From an uncultured Clostridia bacterium (GTDB lineage: Bacteria > Bacillota > Clostridia > Saccharofermentanales > DTU023): 39,592 nucleotides of DNA. The stretch lies in NCBI GenBank assembly GCA_947254895.1, contig CAMYEY010000002.1, positions 1 to 39,592 on the forward strand, in the 5' to 3' direction. Made by a program: the position numbers and the translations under genes. The notes under the pieces were generated by a model that worked only from the letters and a program-made list of their open reading frames with translations, searched no databases and was not told the DNA's origin. Each line of letters opens with the position of its first letter. The stretch's first letter is position 1. Below, in pieces: positions 1 through 9,310 of this stretch.

Positions 1-2
1 CG

Positions 3-1070
3 CATAGGGGATCCATTCTCGGCCTAATTGCGACAGAGCTGGATAAGAGGCAGGCGAACCATGATTTTAACATAGAATTACCTGATGACCTCAGGGCCCT
101 TAACCAGGATAATTTTGATCTCAGTCAAAGCAGTCTAGGCCAAGCAAGCAGAGAGACTGAGTATGAGGAGCTGGGCATAGTGTCCGATCAAATAGATACA
201 CGAGCCCAGATAAAAATCCAGGACGGCTGTAATGCCTTTTGTAGTTTTTGTGCCATACCCTTGGCGAGGGGACGCCTCCGGTCACGCAGTAGGAAAAATA
301 TCATTAAGGAAGCTGAGATGTTAGCCCAAAAAGGGCACAAAGAAGTTGTCCTGACGGGTATACATATTTGCTCTTTCGAGAAGGAACAAGGTCGAAATAG
401 TGATGCTTTGGCTGAACTTTGTCTTGAGCTCAATAGGATTAAAGGTCTGGCCAGAATTCGTCTAGGCTCACTGGAGCCGCTTTCTATCTCAAAGTCCTTT
501 ATTCAAATTTTGCGGCAAGCTGATAAGGTCTGCCCACACTTTCACCTGTCTCTCCAGTCGGGTAGTGATACGGTTTTGAGGAGGATGCGGCGGCGTTACC
601 TGACTGAGCAGTATAGGAGGCGGGTGCAGTTTTTACGGGAGGTCTATGATGAGCCTGCAATTTCTACTGACCTTATGGTAGGTTTTCCAGAGGAGACCGA
701 TCAGGAGTTTCAAGAAAGCTTAGATTTTGTCAAAGAAATGGAGCTTAGTAGGGTTCACGTTTTTCCTTATTCGGTCAGACCGGGTACTTTAGCTGCCCAG
801 ATGACCCAGGTACCCGCCCAGGTTATCAAGGACCGGGCTGAGACCATGCTGGTCTTGGCGGATAAGCTGGCTGAAAAATATGCCTGTAAGTTCATCGGAA
901 AGAAACAGGAGGTCTTGTTTGAAGATGAAGAAGGGGGCTGTAAGCGTGGCTACACAGACCGTTATGTTCGGGTATATGCAGATAAGCTTGATATACAAAC
1001 AGGAGAAATTAAAGAGCTCTTAATAATTGGACAGGAAAAAGGCGACTTAAGGGGCCAAATAGTATGTTAA
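3..1070 (+). CDS. mtaB: MtaB-type radical-SAM tRNA methylthiotransferase, 5' end truncated by window edge
   Basis: The frame is open from base 3, upstream of the GTG listed at 180. CxxxCxxC radical-SAM motif (GCNAFCSFCAIP) followed by the GSLEP/HLSLQSGS core typical of MiaB/MtaB enzymes, with a TRAM-like C-terminus. Confidence 0.8.
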   Translation, partial: HRGSILGLIATELDKRQANHDFNIELPDDLRALNQDNFDLSQSSLGQASRETEYEELGIVSDQIDTRAQIKIQDGCNAFCSFCAIPLARGRLRSRSRKNIIKEAEMLAQKGHKEVVLTGIHICSFEKEQGRNSDALAELCLELNRIKGLARIRLGSLEPLSISKSFIQILRQADKVCPHFHLSLQSGSDTVLRRMRRRYLTEQYRRRVQFLREVYDEPAISTDLMVGFPEETDQEFQESLDFVKEMELSRVHVFPYSVRPGTLAAQMTQVPAQVIKDRAETMLVLADKLAEKYACKFIGKKQEVLFEDEEGGCKRGYTDRYVRVYADKLDIQTGEIKELLIIGQEKGDLRGQIVC

Positions 1071-1121
1071 AATATTTAGCGAAAGATTTTAATGAACCTA
1101 GACATAGGATGTGAGGAAATA

Positions 1122-1373
1122 ATGACAAATCAAGAGACTGCAAAATTTTTAATGAGCACAGATCGGAAGACTGAGGCTGCCAAGATCATGTCCCAAGTCA
1201 TGGCCGCTCTTCAGGAAAAAGGTTATAACCCTAAAAACCAGTTGGTGGGTTATTTCATTTCAGGGGATCCAACCTACATAACGAATCATAAAAATGCCCG
1301 GGCTATCATTTCAAAGATGGAGCGGGACGAGCTTTTAGAAGTTATTCTAACAGACTATTTAGAGCGTATCTGA
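1122..1373 (+). CDS. ireB: IreB/YrzL family (UPF0297) regulatory phosphoprotein
   Basis: The motif [24 protein letters not shown] is the family signature. I chose the ATG at 1122 because GAGG lies 5 nt upstream. The conserved Firmicutes order yrzL-yrrK-yrzB is present. Confidence 0.8.
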   Translation: MTNQETAKFLMSTDRKTEAAKIMSQVMAALQEKGYNPKNQLVGYFISGDPTYITNHKNARAIISKMERDELLEVILTDYLERI

Positions 1374-1810
1374 TGACTCAAGCTAAACCTAGTGGCCGTT
1401 ATTTAGCTATTGATTATGGCAGTGTACGGGTAGGCCTAGCCCTGAGTGACCCCCTGGGTATGATTGCTAGCGGTTATAAGACCCTGAACCACAAGGGGAA
1501 AGACAAGGTAGAGTTGGCCGAAGAAATTCGACAAATCGTTGAAGCTGAAGGGGTAACGACCATCTTGCTTGGCCTGCCTCGTAGGACAGATGGTAAACTG
1601 GGTGAAAAGGAGCTGGAGGTACGAGAATTTGCTCAAGTCCTTGAAACTGCGACTGGTTTTAAACCGATTTTTCTTGATGAGAGGTATACGACAACTTTAG
1701 CCCACCGCTATATGCAAACACTGGGAGTGAAGCAGGCCAAAAAACGGGATATCGTTGACCAGGTTGCCGCTGAGATCCTACTCCAAGATTTCTTGAACAG
1801 ACATAGTTAG
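1373..1810 (+). CDS. ruvX: Holliday-junction resolvase-like nuclease RuvX (YqgF/YrrK)
   Basis: N-terminal YLAIDYGSVRVGLALSD motif. Its ATG overlaps the ireB stop (TGATG). Confidence 0.9.
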   Translation: MTQAKPSGRYLAIDYGSVRVGLALSDPLGMIASGYKTLNHKGKDKVELAEEIRQIVEAEGVTTILLGLPRRTDGKLGEKELEVREFAQVLETATGFKPIFLDERYTTTLAHRYMQTLGVKQAKKRDIVDQVAAEILLQDFLNRHS

Positions 1811-1911
1811 CATTTTAGGCTGATTCCGGATATTATTATCTACTGACTGTGTGAAAAACACGGGGATTATGCAATAATACCAGATGAATATTAACCAACG
1901 GAGGAAGTATA

Positions 1912-2295
1912 ATGTTAAACGATAAAATTTACCGGCACCATAACCATGACAGTGCGTGTGGTTGTGGACATGACCATGACCATGATCATGAACATGAATG
2001 GATGGATGAAAATGTCGATTTTGGTGATTCAGTTATCCAGATTGAGGATGAAGAATCAGGTGAGACTTACGACTTTGCCATCGCAGATGACTTTGAGTAT
2101 GAAGACCAGCTTTACTATGTGTTAGTTCCCGTTTCCGATGATCCTGAGGAAGAGATGGTTTACGTTATAGCAAGAGCTGTCGAAGAAGATGGTGAACATT
2201 ATATAGAAACCTTATCTGACGAAGAAAATGAGACAGTTTATGCAGTCTATGACCAAATTTTAGAGGAGTCGCTTGCAGAAGACGACGCAGATTAG
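1912..2295 (+). CDS. DUF1292 (YrzB-like) protein with a His/Asp-rich N-terminus
   Basis: Acidic DUF1292 core (YDFAIADDFEYEDQLYYVLVPV...) preceded by HHNHDSACGCGHDHDHDHEHEW. GGAGG Shine-Dalgarno upstream. Confidence 0.8.
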   Translation: MLNDKIYRHHNHDSACGCGHDHDHDHEHEWMDENVDFGDSVIQIEDEESGETYDFAIADDFEYEDQLYYVLVPVSDDPEEEMVYVIARAVEEDGEHYIETLSDEENETVYAVYDQILEESLAEDDAD

Positions 2296-2389
2296 GTACT
2301 GACGATCTCTTTGTAAATCTAGAACAATGAACTGTGATTGAACGGCTGTTGAGTTTCTCAATGGCCTACTGATACTTACTGAAGAATGA

Positions 2390-2824
2390 GTGGAGTGCAT
2401 GCAGGATAAGCAAATCAGGAGAATTCGTGTAGATAGTGAGGAGCCAGGGCCTATTAGGATTTCAGGACCTGAACGCCCATCTAGTGCCCCTGTACCTGAT
2501 AAGCTCGATAGGTCCAGGCAGATCCGGGCTAAGTCTACAAGAAGACGTAAGGCAGCAGAAGATGAAGTTTTAGCTGTTATAGTGGACCAGAGAAACGGTC
2601 ATACTTACTATGTTTCGATTATAGACAATTTCAAATATAAGGGCATTGACTATGCTGTTATGTACAACTATAGGGCAGAAGACTATGAGCGAACCATGCC
2701 TGAAATTTTGATCATGCGTGCGTTTCGCGAGCACAATGAGCAATATTTTAGTTCAATCAGAGATAGTAAGGAACTTAACACGATTTTTGATGTCTTTTAT
2801 AACCGTTATCAGGAGTCTATTTAG
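2390..2824 (+). CDS. Second DUF1292-like protein with a basic N-terminal extension
   Basis: HTYYVSIIDNFKYKGIDYAVMY... resembles the DUF1292 core. The start is uncertain (GTG 2390 or ATG 2399). Confidence 0.6.
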   Translation: MECMQDKQIRRIRVDSEEPGPIRISGPERPSSAPVPDKLDRSRQIRAKSTRRRKAAEDEVLAVIVDQRNGHTYYVSIIDNFKYKGIDYAVMYNYRAEDYERTMPEILIMRAFREHNEQYFSSIRDSKELNTIFDVFYNRYQESI

Positions 2825-2834
2825 AGGTGAATGA

Positions 2835-3755
2835 ATGACTTTTAATGCACTCCCGGCCTTGTCTATTGACCTGGCGGGAGACTACCAGAATTACTTTAAG
2901 CAAAGTCATACAAAGTTGGCTGATGCTTGTCCTAATTCCCGTTTTGCTTGGAATTTGGGTTACCGTTACAGATATTTGTTGGCAGCTGATTGCCTAACTT
3001 TGGTATCCGATGGAGGTGTTTTTACCAAACCTCATTTTAGTTTGCCGCTTGGCCCTCTGGATGGAGATAGGCTAGAGCAAATTTTAACTGACCTGGATGA
3101 AATTTTCACCGAGAAAAACTGGCCTTTGACAGCTATGTTTGTTGATGAGAGTTATCTTCCATATTTTGAGGAGCTGGGCCACTACCAAGCTGAAATCAGT
3201 TTTGATGAGGATTTTTCTGACTATGTTTACGTTGGAAGTAAGTTAGCTGGGCTTAAGGGTAAAGACTACCGAGCTAAACGAAACCATGTCAACAAATTTA
3301 TAAGAGACTATCCTTCCTTCAGTTACCGCAAGCTGACTAAGTCCGACAAGGCGAGGGCAGTTGAATTGGTTAGAAGTTGGTGTGAAGAGAAGGAGATCGA
3401 TTGTGGTGATCCTTTGCTCAGCGACTGTCAGCCGATCGGCCAACTATTTGATTATTGGGATGAACTTGAGGTGAGGGGTGGAGTCATATTTGATAATGAT
3501 TCTTTAATAGCTTTTTCTATGGGATCCTTGATAGATCAGGGGCGGGAGGCCGTTATCCATTTTGAAAAGGCGGATCCTAGTTATGAGGGCCTCTATGCGG
3601 TGATTAACCAGCTAACAGTTCTCCATGAATTTCCGGATGCTGAGCTGATCAACAGAGAGGAAGATATGGGCGATCCTGGACTCCGTTTGGCTAAAGAATC
3701 CTATTTACCCCTAAAAAAATTAAAAAAATACCGGGTTACTCTCTTAAAAAAATAA
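2835..3755 (+). CDS. DUF2156 protein (stand-alone MprF C-terminal-like, aminoacyl-tRNA-dependent transferase fold)
   Basis: Pattern KGKDYRAKRNHVNKF ... HFEKAD ... GLY ... EEDMGDPGLRLAKESYLP matches the LPG-synthase-C/DUF2156 family. No TM flippase domain. GAGGTG Shine-Dalgarno upstream. Confidence 0.7.
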   Translation: MTFNALPALSIDLAGDYQNYFKQSHTKLADACPNSRFAWNLGYRYRYLLAADCLTLVSDGGVFTKPHFSLPLGPLDGDRLEQILTDLDEIFTEKNWPLTAMFVDESYLPYFEELGHYQAEISFDEDFSDYVYVGSKLAGLKGKDYRAKRNHVNKFIRDYPSFSYRKLTKSDKARAVELVRSWCEEKEIDCGDPLLSDCQPIGQLFDYWDELEVRGGVIFDNDSLIAFSMGSLIDQGREAVIHFEKADPSYEGLYAVINQLTVLHEFPDAELINREEDMGDPGLRLAKESYLPLKKLKKYRVTLLKK

Positions 3756-3801
3756 TTTGCTTGCAATAGTCTCGACAAGATAAAAGAAACAAGGAAAATC
3801 T

Positions 3802-4740
3802 ATGGAAGAACAGAAACTAGACCGCTTACAAGAATTGAATGGTACCCAGGGTTATCTACCCAAAGAAAGGGTGACGGGCTGGAGAGTTTGGCTGGTTTCT
3901 TTTGCTTTTGCTATCTTCCATTACACTGTCCTTAATCTAGCCGCTATTGTTGTGGCTTGCGTGATGCTCATTGCAAGTTCCACGGATATTACTGATGTTG
4001 GTGCTTTAGAGAGCCTCCTGGTAAGTTCACAGCTGCAAAATTATGCCTCGATTTTAATGTCTTTAGTCTGTTGCCCGGCCTATTTGATCTATCTTCATCT
4101 CAGGGGAGAAAAATACAAGGGACGCTGGGGCGGGCAAAAACTCACGCTTCACAGTGCTGCTTCAGCCATCTTAGCAATTTTGGGCAGTTTGGGCTTAGTA
4201 TCTGTCCTCATTATTGGCCTGCAAATGTTATCTGGACGCTTAACTTTTGTTGGTGATTGGCTAGAAGCTTATGACGATCTAGCTCAGATGATTATCGCGG
4301 ATGATGGTAACATTATCGTGGAATTTTTAGGTACAGTTTGCTTTGTTCCTGTTGCCGAAGAGCTCCTTTTCAGGGGGATTATTTTAGGGGAACTGCGGCT
4401 GCGTTATTCAGATAAGACCAGTGTTCTTATCCAAGCTGTACTTTTTGGGATCTTTCATATGAACCCTATCCAGTCCCTCTATACTTTTATACCGGGTTTG
4501 GTTTTGGGTATCTTATGTTGTCGCACTAACAATATCATGTTACCCATCATGGGGCATATGGTCTTTAATTTTTTCGGAGGCTTGCTATATTCGCTTGCAT
4601 CGGAAACGATACTGAATGTTATTACCATGGTGGAGATTTTTGTTGCTATCTATGCGATTTACCTGATTGTCCAATTTTTCTTTAAGGCTAACCAAGAAAC
4701 TAATCAGAAAGATAAGTCATATAGTGGGATACAACTATGA
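3802..4740 (+). CDS. CPBP family (CAAX-like) intramembrane glutamic protease
   Basis: Multi-TM protein carrying the three CPBP motifs: EELLFRG, FGIFH and HMVFN. Confidence 0.8.
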   Translation: MEEQKLDRLQELNGTQGYLPKERVTGWRVWLVSFAFAIFHYTVLNLAAIVVACVMLIASSTDITDVGALESLLVSSQLQNYASILMSLVCCPAYLIYLHLRGEKYKGRWGGQKLTLHSAASAILAILGSLGLVSVLIIGLQMLSGRLTFVGDWLEAYDDLAQMIIADDGNIIVEFLGTVCFVPVAEELLFRGIILGELRLRYSDKTSVLIQAVLFGIFHMNPIQSLYTFIPGLVLGILCCRTNNIMLPIMGHMVFNFFGGLLYSLASETILNVITMVEIFVAIYAIYLIVQFFFKANQETNQKDKSYSGIQL

Positions 4741-7700
4741 TTTTCGGTTATAGCAGGATTAAAAAACGGGTTCTTGTGGTCCTGGCACTTTGTTTACTAG
4801 CCCTTGTTTTACCTGTTTTTCTTCTTTATGCCTGTACAAGCCGGAGGGTTGGTTCAGATAATTTAGCTGACTTTGCCCTGGCTGATGTAGTTTCACGTCA
4901 ATCTATTCATGGCTTAGGTATCAATCTTGTAAATTTTAACAATGGTAACTTATTAGACAACAATTCCTTTGAACCGCTGGCTTATCGCCAGAATTTATTG
5001 ATTGATTCGGGAGATCAAAAAACCATTAAGGTAGCCATGCCCAATGACCCTAAATCGGGGATTTATGCTGACGATTTTTTTATTGGAGCCAAGGCAAATG
5101 TCTTGACAAGAGATAGTCAAGGTAATCGTCTACTCAAAAAGACGGGGACAGTGAACCAATATAAGTCAGACCAAATCGATAGTTTTTATAAACTTCCTTT
5201 ACCGCTTGACCTACCCATGCCGCTAAAATGGCAGGCCTTAGCTGAGAATGGTCAAACGGTGATAATGGGAGGTGAGCAGGGGTATATACTCTGCTTCAAG
5301 TCCTTATCTGAAGTAGCCGTAAAACGCCTTCCCAGTAAAAAGGATATAGTTGGAGCAGCCGGCTTTGATCAGTGTTTCATGATCTTAGATGCTGAGGGTA
5401 ACCTTTATAGTTTAAGTGAGGATGGCCGTTTTAAACTGCTGGTTCAGACTGGTAAGGTCGGTTATGGGGCAGAGGTTAAATTAGGTGATTTGACTAGGAC
5501 TAAGACCCCTCATACCACTAACCAAGCCTTAACTTGGCGGGGGCTTGCTGCTAGACTTGATCAAGACGGAAATTGGAACTTTCTGGCTGTTGCTGATAAG
5601 GGCTATTATCTTTACGGTGACGAGGAAAAATGTAAGTTGAGCCGCCTTACTAAGCCGGCTGATATTAATGCAATTACGGCCACCGAAGATGGCTTTTACC
5701 TGGTAGGGCAGAAATCATTGGCTTTTTATACTAACAATGGCCTCAATTTTCGCTATCTTGACCTGACTCAAGCCGGTGATTGGCAAGCTATTTCTTCTAG
5801 AGGTCGGCAAATTCTGATTTGTGGTAAGCAAGGACAGTTAGCTTTTAGCCCAGATGGTGTGATCTTTAAAGAATTGAATCAGACCAAGCTGCGTTCGATT
5901 TTTCAAAGCGATCAGGAAGAAAGAGACAAGAAGGATGAGACTCGCGAAACCATCAAACTTAACCCGGACTTCATGGCTTGTAGTATTCTTAGCAACCGCC
6001 AATTTATCCTTCTTGACCAACAGGGGAGAATGTATTACTCAGATGATTTGGGCCAAGACTGGTTGAGCGGTCAGCAACGCTTTAAGACTGGTGACGATAC
6101 AAGTGAGTTGGCGGAAAAGCCTTATAATCTGATCAGGAGAATTTCATCGGGGCAATTGATTGCCGCCGGTAATGATGGCTCTATCCAGTATGCTATGATG
6201 GGGCTAACGATCGAACTTGATAGCGGGTTGGAGCAGGGGAAGTACCAAAATGGTGATTTGCTTCAGCTGGAGCAGTTGGCGAGTGGGCCAGCCGGACAGG
6301 TTATGCTTGACCAAGAAGATGGTGAATGGTATGTTTCAGACCCTGGAAGTGTAGAGGTCCAATTTTCTGAGTCGGCACCAGGGGGTGGCCACACTGCCTT
6401 ATCTATAGATCTTGACCGAATAGCTGACAAAGGATCAGATAAATTGACAGGTCTTTATTCTGCCCAAACTATTCAAACAGACCGGATCGAAGATGGCTTT
6501 GTGCTAAGACAAAAGTTATCCAAACAAGTTTGTCCTAAAATTAATAATAATAATTTTTTCGTCTTTGACTTTTGGGCTAAAACGGATAATCCGGATGAGT
6601 TAGAGATGACCCTCAAAATGACTAATCTCAATTTTAACTTTGAGCCGGTAGTTAAATCAGTTCAAGGAGACTGGCAAAAATATCAAGTTTTCTTTGCCCT
6701 ACCTAAGTACTCGTTAAAAGAAGGTGAGGCTCCTTGCTTAAGTTTGTCCTTTAGGGGAGGGGGTAAGATCTATTTAGATAGCTTCTGGTTGGGACCGTCA
6801 AACGAATATGGTCATGAGTATAGCCTGGCAGCTTTTACAGGAAGGAAGTCTGGGTCAATCTTACGCTTGCCTGCATGTCCTGTTGGTAGTCCTGACCTGG
6901 CATCAGAGAGTTGGTTAAATAGTGATAATGGAGTAAGTGTCTTTCATCAAGAGAACAATAAACTTTTGCTTTTTTATCAAAACAACCTAGCCTTGAGTCT
7001 AGATTTTTGCAAGGATCTTGGTTTAAATCCTTGGCTTGTGATAGATTCTCAAGCCAGTGATTTAGAGCTTAAACATTTAATGCAATACTTGTTTGGCCAA
7101 GAAAATACCGCCTACGGCAAATTGAGAGCCGATCAAGGTGCTGTTAGCCGGTATTCTGATGTTTTCCAGCAGATTTATCTAGAGATCTTGGACAGTGAAG
7201 ATAAGCTGAGCAATGATAATCAAAGGCAAACTTATGTTGACTGGGTGATCAAGAGTTTGATTGAAACCCCGGAATATCCGCAAATTAAAGATAAGGTGAT
7301 TTTTGTCGACGGGATGAAGTATAAGGATAATGTCGTTTTATCTGGTGGCGATTTCCATGCCAGTGACCTAGTCCTTGATCGCAGAATTAACAGCCTGAGT
7401 GACTTGACTAGTTTTAATGATCACCTATCTGAAATTTTACCGCGTGACATTGATAGGTCTCTAGATTCCAGGTCTGAATTGATTAGATCAACTTCTCTAG
7501 CTACATCAGACCTCAGGCTTGCTGATTTGGTAGCTAGCTCTCTTAGTCTTTTGGGGGGTAAGAAGTCTGCATCCCTGCTTGATCTTGACTATAGTCAAAT
7601 GGAAGACCAGGGTCAGTTTGCAGCATGTTTTGGTCAGCTTGGAGATTTGATTTACGGTAGTAATTTATATGACTTGACTTCAAAAATAGAACAAGATAGG

Positions 7701-7934
7701 GTAGCAGCTTTTGCCTTTGGTAGAAAGCAAAAGCGGGTGATAGTTCTGGCTAATCTGTCTGAGGAAACAGTTGGTTGTCAGGTTTCAAATCTTAACTTTG
7801 AAGGCTTTCAGGAGTTTATCTATGATCGCCAAGGAAAACTTTTAGACCAAGCAAAGGTAAAGAGACGTGACCACTCTTTCTCACTCTTGCCGGGCTCTGT
7901 CATCATTTTAACAGGAGATGATAATGGTAAATAA
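4737..7934 (+). CDS. Large (1065 aa) membrane-anchored or lipoprotein-like exported protein with propeller-like, CBM-like and glycosidase-like regions; function unknown
   Basis: ATGA overlap with the CPBP stop. N-terminal hydrophobic anchor with a possible lipobox (LLYAC). One BNR/Asp-box-like motif (YSDDLGQDW). Central beta-sandwich-like stretch (FVFDFWAKT...GDWQKYQVFF...YLDSFWLGP). ILRLPAC sits where glycosidase TIM barrels often have RFPGG. Confidence 0.65.
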   Translation: MIFGYSRIKKRVLVVLALCLLALVLPVFLLYACTSRRVGSDNLADFALADVVSRQSIHGLGINLVNFNNGNLLDNNSFEPLAYRQNLLIDSGDQKTIKVAMPNDPKSGIYADDFFIGAKANVLTRDSQGNRLLKKTGTVNQYKSDQIDSFYKLPLPLDLPMPLKWQALAENGQTVIMGGEQGYILCFKSLSEVAVKRLPSKKDIVGAAGFDQCFMILDAEGNLYSLSEDGRFKLLVQTGKVGYGAEVKLGDLTRTKTPHTTNQALTWRGLAARLDQDGNWNFLAVADKGYYLYGDEEKCKLSRLTKPADINAITATEDGFYLVGQKSLAFYTNNGLNFRYLDLTQAGDWQAISSRGRQILICGKQGQLAFSPDGVIFKELNQTKLRSIFQSDQEERDKKDETRETIKLNPDFMACSILSNRQFILLDQQGRMYYSDDLGQDWLSGQQRFKTGDDTSELAEKPYNLIRRISSGQLIAAGNDGSIQYAMMGLTIELDSGLEQGKYQNGDLLQLEQLASGPAGQVMLDQEDGEWYVSDPGSVEVQFSESAPGGGHTALSIDLDRIADKGSDKLTGLYSAQTIQTDRIEDGFVLRQKLSKQVCPKINNNNFFVFDFWAKTDNPDELEMTLKMTNLNFNFEPVVKSVQGDWQKYQVFFALPKYSLKEGEAPCLSLSFRGGGKIYLDSFWLGPSNEYGHEYSLAAFTGRKSGSILRLPACPVGSPDLASESWLNSDNGVSVFHQENNKLLLFYQNNLALSLDFCKDLGLNPWLVIDSQASDLELKHLMQYLFGQENTAYGKLRADQGAVSRYSDVFQQIYLEILDSEDKLSNDNQRQTYVDWVIKSLIETPEYPQIKDKVIFVDGMKYKDNVVLSGGDFHASDLVLDRRINSLSDLTSFNDHLSEILPRDIDRSLDSRSELIRSTSLATSDLRLADLVASSLSLLGGKKSASLLDLDYSQMEDQGQFAACFGQLGDLIYGSNLYDLTSKIEQDRVAAFAFGRKQKRVIVLANLSEETVGCQVSNLNFEGFQEFIYDRQGKLLDQAKVKRRDHSFSLLPGSVIILTGDDNGK

Positions 7935-9189
7935 TTTTGATCAACTTTATTATCAAAATCCCTACATGTCAGAGTTTGTTTCTGACCTCTTATCCTATAG
8001 AGAAATGAAGGGGAGGACCTGGGTTAGGCTTAGTCAAACTTGTTTTTATCCTCTAGGTGGAGGGCAACCCGGTGATCAGGGAGAACTCCTGGTAGAAGAT
8101 CCTACAGGTTCCGGCTTGATTAAGGCCAGGTTTAGGGTCGTGGATACAATTTTGCAGGATGGCCAGGTATGGCATGGGTTAGAAAATGCATCCCTTAGCG
8201 ACCTGGAGCCTTTGCAAAAATGCAAGTTTAACGGCAAGATTGATTTTGATCGGCGTTTTGATTTTATGCAGCAACACACAGGTGAACATATAGTTTCCGG
8301 CCTGGTTAAGCAAAAATATGGCTACAACAATGTTGGGTTTAAAATCGGCGAGACGGAAACCAGTTTCGATTTTGATGGTGACCTGACTTGGTCTGAGTTG
8401 AATGAAATTGAGCTTTTAGCTAATCAAGCGGTTTACCAGAACTTGAAAATTCAGACCTACCAGCTCCAGGGTGAAGAACTCAGGAGTTGGCAATACAGGA
8501 GCAAGCTTGACCTAACAGGACCTGTTCGCTTGATTGTGATTCCCGGTTATGATCAGTGTGCTTGTGCCGGAACACATGTGGCTAGAACAGGTGAGATTGG
8601 ACAGATTAAGTTGATTAGGCGGGAGTCCTACAAGTCCGGTGTACGCCTCCATTTGGTCTGCGGTAGGAGGGCCCTCCTTTATCAGCAAAAATTACAGCAA
8701 ATTTTAAATTCTGCTGGTCAGATAATATCGGCAAATTTGGATAATTTTATAGAGCTTAGTTTAGCTAGAGAAGCTGAAATAGACCAGCTTAAGCAAGCTG
8801 CCGAAGCAAGAACCAAAGCTTGGTCTAATCTGGTTAAACAAAGGCTTGAGACAAGACAGACTAGCCTCTTAGTCAGTCCTACAATCTTTGAAAAAAAAGA
8901 ATGGCTTCCTGTGGCTCGTGATTTAGCTAGCCACCTGGATGGCTTTGTTTGCTTTTTATTTGCAAGGCCGGGGGATACACACTTTATTTTCCTCCATAGT
9001 GAAAAACTGGATGTTAAAGAATTTCTACCTGAGATGAGAGAGCAGATTGGTTTCAAAGGGGGAGGGAATGGATCTACCATACAGGGCCATATTAGTGTAG
9101 ACCTTTCAGAAGTCGAGGTGTTTTTGAAAGATGTTTCGGCTAAAAAACTGGGAAAAAACAGTGCTTTTATCCTTCTATGTCAAGATTAG
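7924..9189 (+). CDS. alaX: AlaX-L type alanyl-tRNA editing protein (AlaRS second-additional-domain family)
   Basis: HxxxH (HTGEHIVSG) and CxxxH (CACAGTHV) zinc motifs of the AlaRS/ThrRS editing domain, and an N-terminal LYYQNPYMSEF opening typical of AlaX-L. ATG 7924 has AGGAG 6 nt upstream; ATG 7918 is the alternative. It overlaps the end of the upstream gene. Confidence 0.8.
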   Translation: MVNNFDQLYYQNPYMSEFVSDLLSYREMKGRTWVRLSQTCFYPLGGGQPGDQGELLVEDPTGSGLIKARFRVVDTILQDGQVWHGLENASLSDLEPLQKCKFNGKIDFDRRFDFMQQHTGEHIVSGLVKQKYGYNNVGFKIGETETSFDFDGDLTWSELNEIELLANQAVYQNLKIQTYQLQGEELRSWQYRSKLDLTGPVRLIVIPGYDQCACAGTHVARTGEIGQIKLIRRESYKSGVRLHLVCGRRALLYQQKLQQILNSAGQIISANLDNFIELSLAREAEIDQLKQAAEARTKAWSNLVKQRLETRQTSLLVSPTIFEKKEWLPVARDLASHLDGFVCFLFARPGDTHFIFLHSEKLDVKEFLPEMREQIGFKGGGNGSTIQGHISVDLSEVEVFLKDVSAKKLGKNSAFILLCQD

Positions 9190-9275
9190 ATAAAAACAAT
9201 TTGTTCAATTTGCATAAAGCAAATCGGATGTTTTGTGATGAATAACCAAAAAACAAAAAGAGAATTCGAAAAATA

Positions 9276-9304
9276 TTGACCGTTTTGTGGTGCGAAACTA
9301 TACT
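9276..9304 (+). promoter_or_regulatory. Sigma-A type promoter: TTGACC, 17-nt spacer, TATACT
   Basis: The -35 TTGACC is at 9276-9281, the spacer is exactly 17 nt, and the -10 TATACT is at 9299-9304. An A-rich tract lies upstream. No + strand ORF follows. Confidence 0.55.
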
Positions 9305-9310
9305 TTAATC

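Noticed and set aside
9208-9224. A possible terminator hairpin ATTTGC-ATAAA-GCAAAT after alaX.
   Set aside because: The stem is only 6 bp and AT-rich, with no adjacent U-run, so it is not reported as a feature.
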